Origin: Felis catus
Lineage: Eukaryota
Direction: 5' to 3'
DNA length: 64,000 bases
NCBI RefSeq assembly: GCF_018350175.1
Contig: NC_058368.1
Location: forward strand, 147,066,001 to 147,130,000
Shown piece after piece: positions 1 through 12,559 of the stretch. Position 1 is the first letter of the stretch. Each line of letters opens with the position of its first letter. The position numbers and the translations under genes were made by a program. The notes under the pieces were generated by a model. It made no database searches and was not told the DNA's origin. It saw only the letters and a list, made by a program, of their open reading frames with translations.

Positions 1-399
1 CAGTCCTGGGTCAGACATAGTCCATGAATGAAAAGAGAGAGCCAGGGTGAATGTACTGAATAGACCATATTTAGTGACTGTATTTAGATGCTTTTCAATA
101 AAGATATGAAAAAAGTTCCCAAAGTTTCACAGCCTAGGAAAATTTCTTTAAAAATTCACAGGGGATTTGACCACTTTTTGTAACACTGTTTAATTAAAGA
201 CATCAGACTCAACTTGCACAATGAATTAAGACAGAAAACTACCTTTAATTCTTTATTAAAATACTTTAGAAAGTTTATCAAAACTAGAAAATATTTTTGT
301 TTCTGCATATTTCCTAACATGTATTATATCATCTAAAATATCTATCCTGCAGCAAAGCAAGGTGGCAAAATGATGATACCTGGGAAGGAAACTTTTGTT

Positions 400-575
400 G
401 CCTCATACACACTATGCTAAGTGCTTTCTTGTGTGTCCTCAATGAATCCTCTCTACAGCCCTGTACAGTACCTTTGAGATGAGGGAACAGAGGCTAATAT
501 ATTATGATGTGTGATCCAAAGATAGATAGTGAGTAAAGGGAGGATACTAGATTCAAATTCAACATTCTGATTCAA
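400..575 (-). mobile_element. MIR SINE fragment
   Basis: Degenerate antisense MIR core (aatcctc...cagccctg...gagatgagggaacagaggct...gattcaaa); boundaries approximate. Confidence 0.55.
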
Positions 576-746
576 AGTTCCATTATACATAAAAATTCTC
601 ACTCAATGATTTCTTGCTATTCTTTGTGATTATTTCAGAAATTTCTGGAGAATCTCAAAGTTTCCTCACTACACTCATTAAACTTACAGAAACTCTAAGC
701 TCCAAACCAAAACAATCCTGGATTTATAATACGAGAAGAGCCCTGT

Positions 747-988
747 AATTTTTTTTAATGTTTGTTTGTTTGTTTGTTTGTTTTTGAGAGACAGAGAGAA
801 AGAGAGAGAGGGAGAGAACATGTGCACATGAGTTAGGGGAGGGGCAGTGAGGGAGGGAGAGAGAGAATCCCAAGAAGGCTCTGTGCTGTCAGCGCAGACA
901 TGGGGCTCAAACCCACAAACCATGAGATCATGACCTGAGCCGAAATCAAGAGTTGAACACTTAACTGTCCGAGCCACTCAGGTGCCCC
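747..988 (-). mobile_element. CanSINE (felid tRNA-derived SINE)
   Basis: Reverse GGGGCACCTG head, (GA)n tract and T tail; perfect 13-bp TSD agaagagccctgt at 734-746 and 989-1001. Confidence 0.97.
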
Positions 989-2259
989 AGAAGAGCCCTG
1001 TGTTTTAACATGAATTTTGGCTCTGTTACTTCACCTATCCAGGCTTAAAAATACAGATTGCTTTTGTTCTAAGTCCAAATATAATTGTGCAGACACCTAG
1101 GCATTGCTACTGGTCTTCAAAATGCTTTTAATGTTGTTGACACTCAATTAAATGGGCAAAAAATCTTCCAACACTCTGAGTCACTGTGTTGCTTGCAAGG
1201 CTATAAACACACAGGAACTCAAACTGTCTCCAAGAATATGAACATTTCCATGTTGATTCTTCACTCTTTAAACTTCTATGAGTGTTTAGCTACAATGACG
1301 CAATGAAGAGTCTTATAGCATATCTCTTTTTCTGTGGTATTTCTTAAAGTCAGCTGGGTTTCCTGCTGGGTGGAGATGTTTTCTCCTTAAGCTGTGTTTC
1401 TTGGCTCTTTCTAACAGATACGTTTTTCTCCCACTCTAACTGCTCCCCTTCTCCAGCTTTTTTGTTTGTTTGTTTGTTTGTTTGTGATCTAGAAATGTTT
1501 TTCTTTTTTGTTCCAGTTAAGTAAATTTCTCTACTTTAATAGTCAGAAATCTGCTTCAAGCTGGATTTGTCCTAAAATTTGCTACTTAATGTAGCAAAAA
1601 AACTTAGAATACCAGGTCTAAGCAAACCTTCTTTAATGTAAAAATAATCAGCATCCCACACTTAACACGAAGCTGCTGCAACAGGGTATATACAGATCTC
1701 ACTTTGAAACACACTCACAGACATGTCACCCTCATGTTCAGCATGCAGGATGATCCCAGAAAAGCTCATTTATCTCGATCTATGCTAACCCTTAGCTCAT
1801 GAGCACTTTGCCCTCTTATGGATCTTCTGAGTTAAACTTGTACTGCAAACATGCTAGACAAAATGCCTTCAGCTGTTTTAGATAGACCTTTACCTCCAGA
1901 GATTTGGCTCAAATACAGCAGGTTATTTAGGGCACTGAGCTGGCGTATGGGTAGACATTTGGCTTAGTGCTCTGCTCTTCATGTCTGGATCTGTATTAAA
2001 TGTGTCTCATATGTAACAATCCCTCAATAAAAGTTTTGCTGGATTGAGTTAAAACTACTTCCTAAGTATGTTCTATGGACAAGAACCAACCATGCCTAAG
2101 GAGGCCACAAGGTGCAATAGCAGAAAATGCCAAGAGTCTTTCTCTTGTTTCTGTACAGAGGATAACACCATTGGTCAAGGAAATATAGTATCACAGTGGC
2201 ACCAACCAATTTTTACGGGGAAAGGCAACTAGTTAAAAATCTTCTCCAATCTTCTTAAG

Positions 2260-2450
2260 AGGCAGTCTATTGTAGAAGAGCTAGATGGTCTGGGTTCCCC
2301 AAATGGCTCTGCCCTCACTAGCTATATGCCCTTGGGAAAGCTACTTTATTTCTCTACATCTCAATTTCCTTATCTGAAAAATGAAGATAACAACCCTCAT
2401 AGGATTTTTATGAGGATTAGGTGAGTTAGTATTTACTAAGTGTGTAAAAC
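2260..2450 (+). mobile_element. MIR SINE
   Basis: ctctgccctcactagctat...cccttgggaaagctactt...ctcaatttccttatctgaaaaatgaagataa matches the MIR core. Confidence 0.8.
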
Positions 2451-3289
2451 AACATATAAAATATACTAAAGGCTATAATAGAATCTGCTAAGAGTAAAAC
2501 AATAAATAAATCTGGGGAAATAATCTATTATCACTTTCAGAATGTTATTAGAAGCATAAATACAGAAACAGAGAAAGAGGGTGGTTAGATTGTCCTACAA
2601 GCAACTTCTGGAACATAGTATATTTTGGTCACCTTCTTAAAAAAATAGTAATTTCATCTTCAATTAAAATAGAGAAAATGTGAAGCAACTGAAATTCCCA
2701 TTTATGGGTGAAATGTTTTACTAAAAGTAATATAATTTTATGGAATGTTGTACATCCTCATTTGAATACTAAGATTAATTACTGGAGGGAAATGGTTCCA
2801 AAATAATACTAAAAGAGAGAATTAGATTTGAAATTATGGTGAGTGATTTATTTTCCTTTAATTATATGAGTAAAAAATGAGAGATTCATATATAGAGAGG
2901 CTTAAATGACATAGAAGTAAAGAAAAAAGTATTGCATGAGGGTTATGTAGGAATGCAACTCTTATGTTGTAAAACATCCTGTAATGTTTTAGTGAAGCAT
3001 AAATATTTTTAGAGTGTCTAACTTAGGAAAATTATAGAAAAACTAAGAGCATTTGTTTGACAAAGGTCAAGATAAATGGCATTTCAGATATCTGCCTAAC
3101 AGCTTGACAGATGGTTCCCTGGGAGAGCACACTAGGAAAGTCAGTTGATTTTCACAGAGATGTTCTTAAAGGGGTGAGGAAAATGAAAAGTGATACAGAT
3201 AAACAGGTGTGCAACTGTGGATATTTTACATATAAATAATAGTAATAGTAATAACAGTAATAATAATGTGTAATAGCTGTGCAACAGTC

Positions 3290-4770
3290 TCTGTTATAGT
3301 TACATGATAAATATGAAAATTATTTAACAAGTCTCCTGTTGATATTCCTTTAATTTGTTTGTACTTCTTTGCCATCAGTAAAAACTTAGAATGAACTCCC
3401 AAGTTCATATCTTCATTCACCGATGCAACTATTTCTTGTAGGCCTAAATGACCTGCCATTTGAAATGTGATATGCATTGTTTCCTTTCTCTCAAGAAAGA
3501 TTATACACTTGCATCTAGGGTATATGATAAATCTTTCTCTGCATAGTCACCAATCTCATGTTTTATAAAATTTTACATTTATGACAATTCTGAAAATGGC
3601 TTTTTTATATTTAATGTACATAAATGGCAACAAGTGGCATTTAATTTACATTCTCCCAATTGGGTTCAGTCTCACTAATAACATATACAGATGGTCTCTT
3701 TAATGTCCTTTATTTATTAGATGTTAGAGATTTTCTAATTGTTTTTAAGAATTATGGACTTACATGGTATCAGTATGGGCTTCTGTTATATTTGTTGTTT
3801 TATTTTCCTAATTTTCTGTCATTTAATTTTATATTTTACACACAAATTTTTAATTTTCCTGTACTTAAATCTATCAATCACTCCTTTTGTGATACCATAT
3901 TTTTTATATGCTTAAAAAGATTGTTCACTTAATTAAATCAATCAAATATGATCTACATATTTACCTATGATTTCCTATTATGTTTTTTTTTCTTTCTTTT
4001 TTCTTTCAACACCTAAACCATCTTGACTTTATGGATATGTATGGTGTAACATTCTTTTTTACAAGAATGTAATTTTTGCAACACTTTTTCCCAAATAATC
4101 CATTTCTTTTTTTTTTCTCCCTCTACCTGGCTGATAGTTACAAGGTTTGCTCTTTATTTTGAAATTAACACTATGACTCAGGGTCATCACCATCACATAT
4201 TAGGATATATTTTGGTGAGATTCTCTTTTATTGCTTATGGATGGAATCAAGTGGGTCCATTCAAGCTGTAGCCTAGTTTCTGGGGGAGGGAGGTGTGGTC
4301 AGAAGGTTTTCTTGTTTTATGGTTTAAAATGTTGCTTCTTCCTTTTTTGGTATCTTCCATTAGGAGGTCAGTTATCCAAAGACAGGCTCTTTACTTCTGA
4401 TTTTTCTTATTTATGTTCTTTTCTCACTCATAATGTTCCTTTTTTATTACTCTCCATTCTGTCCTCAATATTATGGATTTTATTTTTGATAATGCAATTT
4501 CTACTGCTACATTTTAAAATTTCCTTGAAACACATTATTATTAGGATACCTCCCTCATCATCTCAGGATTTATTTTATCCTCTCTGGTATTCATGGAGAA
4601 AATTCCTTTGTACTTTATATACATTCTAGTAATCTGCTGTTCTGATAGGAAATTTTCTATTTTCGCAATTTTTCTTCATGCCTTTAGAATAATTTCTATC
4701 TTATTGTTGTTCTACAAATTGAAAAATAAGTCCCATATCATCTTGTTTTATTTTCCTTTACTTGAACAGA
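3290..4770 (-). mobile_element. Ancient L1M-type LINE fragments (3' end and body)
   Basis: Very T-rich degenerate sequence with antisense L1 3'-end motifs; boundaries approximate. Confidence 0.5.
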
Positions 4771-6945
4771 GAGAGGACAGTCCTGATGGCAGCACACTGG
4801 TCACAAGTGTCCCCTTGGCCCCTCACCAGCTATTAGGCAGTTGTGAGAATTCTCTTTCTGACCTTCAGATGTCAACACTGCCTTTGGCCTTTTTACCAAT
4901 GCCCAGCAGAAGTTTAGGCTGAACAGGTTAGCTAGTCTGAAGGACAAGTCTCTCTACTCTTGCTGTTTTTCCTCTGAATATTGTAAGGATAATGTATTTT
5001 CTTGATAACACAAAATCCAAAGCATTCTCTTGTCAAATATAAGATCCCAGGGGCAGGCAAGTTTGTCTCTGTTGTTCATCTTGCACCTGGCACACAGTAA
5101 GTATTCAATAAATACATATTGAATGAATGCTTTTATATTTTAGGATTCAGTGAGCCAACATGTAGCCAACATATATTTTACTCTACCTAGCCAGCTTTGT
5201 ATTAGGAGGCAAATGGGTGTGATGGGACACTGGGAGGGAGAGCAGGGGCCACAGCATACAGTTTCTGCTTGTAGTAAAATGACGGTTGGGCTCTCCAGAC
5301 ACCAAGGCAGGCTCTGGGTCTTGGCCACCACTGTTCTGATTTAGATGTTGGAATCCACACGCTCTAGGCACAGGGGATTCAGCCCAGGGGCCTGGAAAAT
5401 CACCAAATGGCATATATTTGTATGCATACTTCATGGATGAGGGAAGCGAATCAAGGGTTGCAGTAGAAGTTGAATGAGTCAATATGACATAAGCAATTTC
5501 CTCATAAGCTCAACATAGGAACACTTAAAATCAGGCTTGCTCTCTCAGTTCCAGAGGAAATGGGAGAGAAAATTCAACCAGGCTTCACTAAAATTATGTG
5601 TAAATGAAAGTCCAATGATTTAAAATTTTCTCATTCAATCTCAAAGAAATTTAAAAGACAAAAACAACCAAATTATATATTATACATTAGGATTAATATA
5701 ATATATAGACTGAATCTAATGCCTTTGTATTGATTTACTTAAATCATGACACCAAAAGGGAAAATAAGTTGATTTTCTCTTCTTTTTTTAATGAGTGACC
5801 TTTGTAATATTCTATATAAATTTTATTTTTTGAATTGTTTTGAAAAAATATTCTCAAACAATTGTAGTTAGAAGTAACTAAAATCGACATTAGGTTAACA
5901 GGTAAGCTCTTACCCAATTTCTCCAAATCCTATGTCAGAAAGAATAAAGTATTTGACAAAAATTATAAAACTTAGAAAATTATTAGGGAAAAGAATCATA
6001 CTTTTCTCATTGGGTTATGGAAAGTGATTTTCTGCTGAGCTCACCAAAAATAAGATCATCCTGAGAGAGTAGAATTAACATATCTTTATTTACCTTTCAA
6101 GCTTGATTTTGATTAGGCTGGGAACTTTGACTTATTCCATGAATAAAAATTCAGGGCAATGGCTAATTGAATTAGTCTGCAATTGATAGGGTCATTATTA
6201 ATTAGTAAGTGGAGACTTAATACAAGACTTTGATCAAAGAACATAATGATATCCGATAAATATCGTTCAGATATCTTAATTAGAGCCGTGCCAGAGCCCA
6301 AATGCAGCAGAAAATAAAGAAAATTACTGGCAAGTGATTTGCATGTAATTTAAAAAACATAGCACAACTTTTAAATAGGAAGTGAGGTAGTTTGTTATTT
6401 AGTGCTTTCTGATAGCACAATGAGAGGGGAGCCAAGGTAAAAATTGTGTCAGCATCTTTTATAAAGCCGGAGGTTCACTGAACTGGCAATCAAATTTGCA
6501 TGCACTTCAGTGGCCAGAATTTGGTTGACTGTTCGCTTGGAAAGCCTGTTTTGAGTATATTTCTTTGGCAACTACTTTACTGAATATAATTTTACCAAAG
6601 GCACTTATATTTTATATAACCATTGTGTATTTTAGAGATTGACATTTACAAATACAAAACATCTATACACAAATATGTGTGTCGATATGTGAATTTACAC
6701 ATATCTTCTTGTTTTGGGACAAATACATAAAACTCATGAGAACTCTGAAAATAAAACACCCACAGAGTAAAGTATACTGCAACAGCATATCACAATGCAT
6801 ATCTTAAATATTATGAGGACCTCGAAAGGTAGGAAACTTGACAGAACGCACAACCTATTTTTATGTACCATGCTGGCTGGAGGAGCTATGCATTTGAGGT
6901 CGATATAAAACTTTGCCATTCTCACAATTTGTATATCATCCATAG

Positions 6946-6978
6946 AGTCCTGTGCATGATTTGGTTTCATCAGACCAG
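6946..6978 (+). CDS. Candidate 33-nt cassette exon (SPVHDLVSSDQ if phase 0) of an unidentified gene
   Basis: Branch-like ttctcac, catccatag acceptor, strong CAG|gtgagc donor, length a multiple of 3; no homology recognised. Confidence 0.25.
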
Positions 6979-9725
6979 GTGAGCCTTCACACTAGATTTT
7001 CAGCCTTACCTTCACATATGCACATTACATGGTGACTGATTTTTAGGCTTCAACAACATCCTTGCAAAGAGAACTAGATGTAACTTTCCTCCCTTGTCCT
7101 TACAAAAGGAAGTGGAAAGAGGCATGGACTCTCAGGAACCAGGCGTGAAGGCGTAAATTCTTCAAATTGCTTTGGGAAAATGTACCATCAGTGTCAACAG
7201 CTAGAAAATAGCCCAGGTCAATGTGTTGCTCTGAAGTGATTGGAGGGGAAAGGGAGGGATGTGGCTCAGCTGTCTGTGGATTACAGGGTTAAGAGCCATT
7301 GACACAGAAAGTGAATGGCCCTGAAGGGTGGCTTTGTAAAAACAATCTTTTGTCCAAAGGATAAAATATACATATAGTATGGATAAAAAGGATACAAGGT
7401 ATTTCCATTCAAATGCATGGTCAGTAACACTGTCAGCATTTTATTTGTGTAAAAAGGACGAGCCTGGCTTTGGTGGATCTGGCAGGGCTCTCTAGTCCCT
7501 AGGACACCAGTCACCACACATCATAATTGTAGTTTTAAAGAGCCTCAGTGACAACCCTGGTTATAGATTTCCTCATGGAATACCCATAAAACCAATGTGT
7601 TTTGTTTACTTATATTAATTTATTTATGGTAAAAATATCTCCTCTATATTCTTCCACTGCTAATTTCCATTAGTTTTGTTCCCAAATAGAAATAAGGAGC
7701 AGCTATTGTATTCTTGAGACTCCAATTTTATCAAGCTTCTCTTTGAGGTCCTAATATTAATTTTCCATTTATTCTCTTTCATACAGTGTCTAAGGTCTTT
7801 TGAGCTTATTAAGTGGTAAAGTATGAAACTGGGTGCTGGATGCTGATAAAATCTAAGTACTACCGATGAACATATTTTAATTAGGTTCCATAGTGCAATG
7901 TGGCCTGGATATATTTATAATAAATTCCAAATAGGTACATGCCTAACAGTTACAGTGGCATGCCTTGAATATAGGGTATATAACTTTCATAAAATATGTC
8001 CTTCTTGATTGCATGTGAACAATAAGATGCTAATATTTTCCTTTTTTCAAGAAGTAGCACTATGTTTAAGGGACTATCATATATTTGCTTGTCTTAGAAC
8101 AAGAGCTCATTTCTTTGTGCAATCAGCTCCAAACAATCTCATATTTAAAAAATCACATTCTTTAACTCTAAAATTATTCATGCACTAGGTTTTCGATTAC
8201 TGTAAAATAGCTCATAAAGCACAGTCTTAAATTAGGTATAGAATTAATAAATCACTTGGAACAAACTCATTCTATTAAGCTTATTTAATGTTTTTGCATA
8301 TGTACTCAAGATTTTTAAAACTCTCCAAGTTATAGCTCACTTCACTAAAGGATCACTTATAGATTTAAATGAAGAATTTCATGAGACATCTCCCACCCTT
8401 ATGGTTGAACATCTTTGCAATAACTGTCTTTGATATCCCATCTGAGACTTTAGTCACAAAGCTGCTGAAGTTTATTAACATAATTTGCAAAGAAAAAAAA
8501 AACAGAAGTGAAATAAGCAGAAAGTAGGGATACAGTCCCTTTCATTTGTTATTATAAACACTTAAGGATCCTAAAATCCAAAAAGATATTTTTGTCAAAT
8601 TTGAACACTAGTTTAAAGAAAACAGGAATCATATAGAAATCATTAGATAGAATGACACTAAAAACATAATTTTAGAAAGTTATTTATAATGGAATCAATC
8701 ACCAAGAGATAAAAACAGAAACAAACAAACAAACAAAAAACTATTCATCTTCATAAGTAACTCACAAGATTTGTCACTTGATCTTGTGGCTTATCAAACC
8801 TAAAAAGGTATTTTTCTCATTACAGAGAAACCTGGTACATTTCAAGAAATGCTGAAATATCTGTTAGTTTAGGAATCAGAATATAACCTTTGACACATCT
8901 ATATGTTAAACAGAAGCACTGGAGGTCCAATGCAAGTGACTTTTTAAAGTTTCCCCTTTCAAGACACTTGGGACAAAGGTCGCATATATAATTTACTACC
9001 TCTTTAATACCCTATGTTCTAAAAAATGACCTTGTAATGCATTGTCTCCAACTCTTTCGCAAAGTAACGTTTTCTTTAAAAAGTAACAGCAAGTGGGAGC
9101 ATGGAAGATGGTGGCGTAGGAGGACGCTGGGCTCATCTTGTCCCGCTGATTGCTTAGATTCCACCCACATCTGCCTAAATAACCCAGGAAACAGCCAGAA
9201 GACTAGCAGAACGGACTCTCTGGAGCCAAGCGTAGAGGAGAGGCCCACGGAAGAGGGTAGGAAGGGCGGGGAGGCGGTGTGCGCTACAGGGACTGGCAGG
9301 AGGGAGACGGGGTGGAGGGGCAGCCTGCCGGCAAAGCAGAGTCCCCGAGTCTGGCTTGCAAAAGCGGAGAGGCTGGACTGCATGAGTTCTGACAGCCAGT
9401 GGGACTTAACATCTGGAATGTTATAAGTCAACAGCTCTGCTCAGAGAGCGGGAGGGAGAGAGGACACTGGGAGGAAGAGGTGTTGAGCCCTGGAAGACAG
9501 AGTTCAGCTCGGCGGTGGGGAACAAAGGCGCTGTCCAGCGCCATCCCTCTCTCCCATCCCCCAGCCAAAATCCCAAAGGGAACCAGTTCCTCTTCACTGA
9601 ACTTGCTTGCACCTCACAAACACCCAATGCTGTGCTTCTAGGATCCATCCCTCCGACGGGTCTGCCTCCCTCCCAGTGCTGCAGGGCCCCTCCCACAGGG
9701 GACCACCAACAGCAAAGTAGCTAAG

Positions 9726-9788
9726 CCTGCCCCTCCTGCCCCTCCTGCCCCTCCTGCCCCTCCTGCCCCTCCTGCCCCTCCTGCCCCT
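9726..9788 (+). repeat. Perfect 9-bp minisatellite (CCTGCCCCT)x7 inside the L1 5'UTR
   Basis: Seven exact units counted directly. Confidence 0.95.
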
Positions 9789-10070
9789 CGCAGATCTGCC
9801 CTGGCTAATACGCCCTTGGCCAGATCCCATCGAAGCAGCACCACAAGCCTGGCATTGTGCAAGTAGCCCAGACAGATGTCACACCACTCCACAGTGAGTC
9901 CCTGCCCCTGGGAGAGGGGAGGATAAGGTACACACAGTCTGACTGGGGCCTCAGTGGTGGGCTGGGGGCAGACATTGGGTCTGACTGCGGGCTGCCCACC
10001 AACACAAGTTACTCCGGACAGCACAGGGGAAGTGCCCTGCAGTTTGGAGCTACTGCAGGGACTATCCAAA

Positions 10071-10254
10071 ATGATGAAACAGAAGAATTCTCCTCAAAAG
10101 AAACTCCAGAAGTAGCGACAGCTAACAAATTGGTCAAAACCGATTTAAGCAATATAACAGAACAAGAATTTAGAATAATAGTCATAAAATTAATTGCTGG
10201 GCTTGAAAAAAGCATAGAGGGAAGCAGAGAATCTATTGCTACAGAGATCAAGGG
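10071..10254 (+). pseudogene. L1 ORF1p N-terminal remnant (frameshifted, truncated)
   Basis: ATG at 10071, then after a frameshift ...KTDLSNITEQEFRIIVIKLIAGLEKSIEGSRESIATEIKG, ending abruptly. Confidence 0.85.
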
Positions 10255-12137
10255 CTTTCCCCTGAGAGCTTTCCCCTGAGATCAGGAACACAACAGGGAT
10301 ATCCACTCTCACTGCTGTTGTTTAACAGTGTTGGAAGTGCTAGCATCAGCAATCAGACAACAAAAGGAAATCAAAGGCATCAAAATTGGCAAGGATGAAG
10401 TCAAGCTTTCACTTTTTGCAGATGACATGATACTATACATGGAAAACTAGACAGGCTCCACCAAAAGCTTGCTATAACTGATACATGAATTCAGCAAAGT
10501 TGCAGGATACAAAATCAATGTACAGAAATCAGTTGCATTCTTATACACTAATAATGAAGCAACAGAAAGGCAAATAAAGAAACTGATCCTTTTTACAATT
10601 GCACCAAGAATCATAAAATACCTAGGAATAAACCTAACCAAAGATGTAAAAGATCTGTATGCTGAAAACTATAAAAAGCTTATGAAGGAAATTGAAGAAG
10701 ATATAAAGAAATGGAAAAACATTCTGTGCTCATGGATTGGAAGAATAAATATTGTTAAAATGTCAATACTACCCAAAGCTATCTACACATTCAATGCAAT
10801 CCGAATCAAAATTGCACCAGCATTCTTCTCGAAGCTAGAACAAGCAATCCTAAAATTTGTATGGAATCAAAAAAGACCCTGAATAGCTTAAGTAATATTG
10901 AAGAAGACCAAAGTGGGAGGCATCACAATCCCAGACTTTAGCCTCTACTACAAAGCTGTAATCATCAAGACAACATGGTATTGGCACAAAAACAGACACA
11001 CAAACCAATGGAATAGAATTGAGATTCCAGAATTGGACCCACAAAAGTATGGCCAACTAATCTTTGACAAAGCAGGAAAGAATATCCAATGGAAAAAAGT
11101 CTCCGAAACAAATGGTCCTGGGAGAACTGGACAGCAACATGCAGAATAATGAAACTAGACCACTTTCTTACGACATTCACAAAAATAAACTCAAAATGGA
11201 TAAAGGACCTGAATGTGATACAGGAAACCATCAAAACCCTAGAGGAGAAAGCAGGAAAAAACTTCTCTGACCTCAGCCGTAGCAATCTCTTACTCGACAC
11301 ATCCCCAAAGGCAAGGGAATTAAAAGCAAAAATGAACTATTGGGACCTCATGAAGATAAAAACCTTCTGCATTGCAAAGGAAACAATCAACAAAACTAAA
11401 AGGCAACCAATGGAATGGGAAAAGAGATTTGCAAATGACATATAGGACAAAGGGCTAGTATCCAAAATTTATACAGAACTCACCAAACTCCACAACCGAA
11501 AAACAAATAATCCAGTGAAGAAATGGGCAGAAGACATGAATAAACACTTCTCTAAAGAAGACATCCAGATGGCCAACAGGCACATGAAAAGATGCTCAAT
11601 GTCACTCCTCATCAGGAAATACAAATCAAAACCACACTCAGATATCACCTCACGCCACTCAGAGTGGCTAAAATGAACAAATCAGGAGACTATAGATGCT
11701 GGCGAGGATGTGGAGAAACGGGAACCCTCCTGCACTATTGGTGGGAACGCAAACTAGTGCAGCTGTTCTGAAAAACAGTGTGGAGGTTCCTCAAAAAATT
11801 AAAAATAGATCTACCCTATGACCCAGCAATAGCACTGCTAGGAATTTACCCAAGGGATACAGGAGTGCTGATGCATAGGGGCACTTGTACCCCAATGTTT
11901 ATAGGAGCACTTTCAACAATAGACAAATTATGGAAAGAGCCTAAATGTCCATCAACTAATGAATGGATAAAGAAATTGTGGTTTTTATACACAATGGAAT
12001 ACTACATGGCAATGAGAAAGAATGAAATATGGCCTTTTGTAGCAACATGGATGGAACTAGAGAGTGTTATGCTAAGTGAAATAAGTCATACAGAGAAAGA
12101 CAGGTACCATATGTTTTCACTCTTATGTGGATCCTGA
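10255..12137 (+). pseudogene. L1 ORF2p remnant (3' RT domain to C-terminus), with multiple stops and frameshifts
   Basis: [51 protein letters not shown] spread over the broken ORFs 10682-12137. Confidence 0.93.
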
Positions 12138-12559
12138 GAAACTTAACAGAAGACCATGGGGGAGGGGAAGTGGAAATAAAAGTTAGAGAGCGAGGGAAGC
12201 AAACCATAAGAAACTCTTAAAAACTGAGAATAAACTGAGGGTTGATGGGGGTGGGGGGAGGGGAAAGTGGTTGATGGGCATTGAGGAGGGCACCTGTTAG
12301 GATGAGCACTGGGTGTTGTATGGAAACCAATTTGAGAACAAATTTCATGTTAAAAAAAAGTTACAGCAAGTGATATAAATGGGCAAGTAGAGATTATGCT
12401 TTTAGGAGCAAGAAATATCACAGTTTCTGGGGAGATTGAAAGGTTAATTGTGAAGAAATAATGTATTCTTTTGAAACTTTCAGGTCAAAACAACAAATAC
12501 GGCTGTATTTTCAAGGTGGAAACAATAATTTAAAATAATCTAATAGTAAAAACCCAAAC

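Larger units (their letters stand above)
9096..12359 (+). mobile_element. Felid L1 LINE, internally deleted (5'UTR + ORF1 N-terminus joined to the 3' part of ORF2, 3'UTR, short A tail)
   Basis: GC-rich 5'UTR starting gggagcatggaagatgg; ORF1-like ITEQEFRIIVIKLIAGLE; ORF2 motifs [41 protein letters not shown] aaaaagtaacagcaagtg 9078-9095 vs aaaaagttacagcaagtg 12355-12372 at a TTT/AAAA site. Confidence 0.97.

Noticed and set aside
684..977. ORFs overlapping SINEs (also at 14324, 20446, 25647, 27247, 35827, 47030, 55232, 57979)
   Set aside because: These are translations of CanSINE bodies and microsatellites.
5914..6060. Two 16-nt minus-strand AG..GT segments (5914-5929 and 6045-6060; DDLIFGFGEIG if joined)
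   Set aside because: Neither preserves frame, no protein is recognised, and such motif pairs arise by chance in AT-rich DNA.
9012..10069. Several 100-140 aa ORFs on both strands, including GAGGAGG and RGRRGRR repeats
   Set aside because: They lie in the GC-rich L1 5'UTR and its 9-bp VNTR; the scarcity of stop codons reflects base composition, not a gene.
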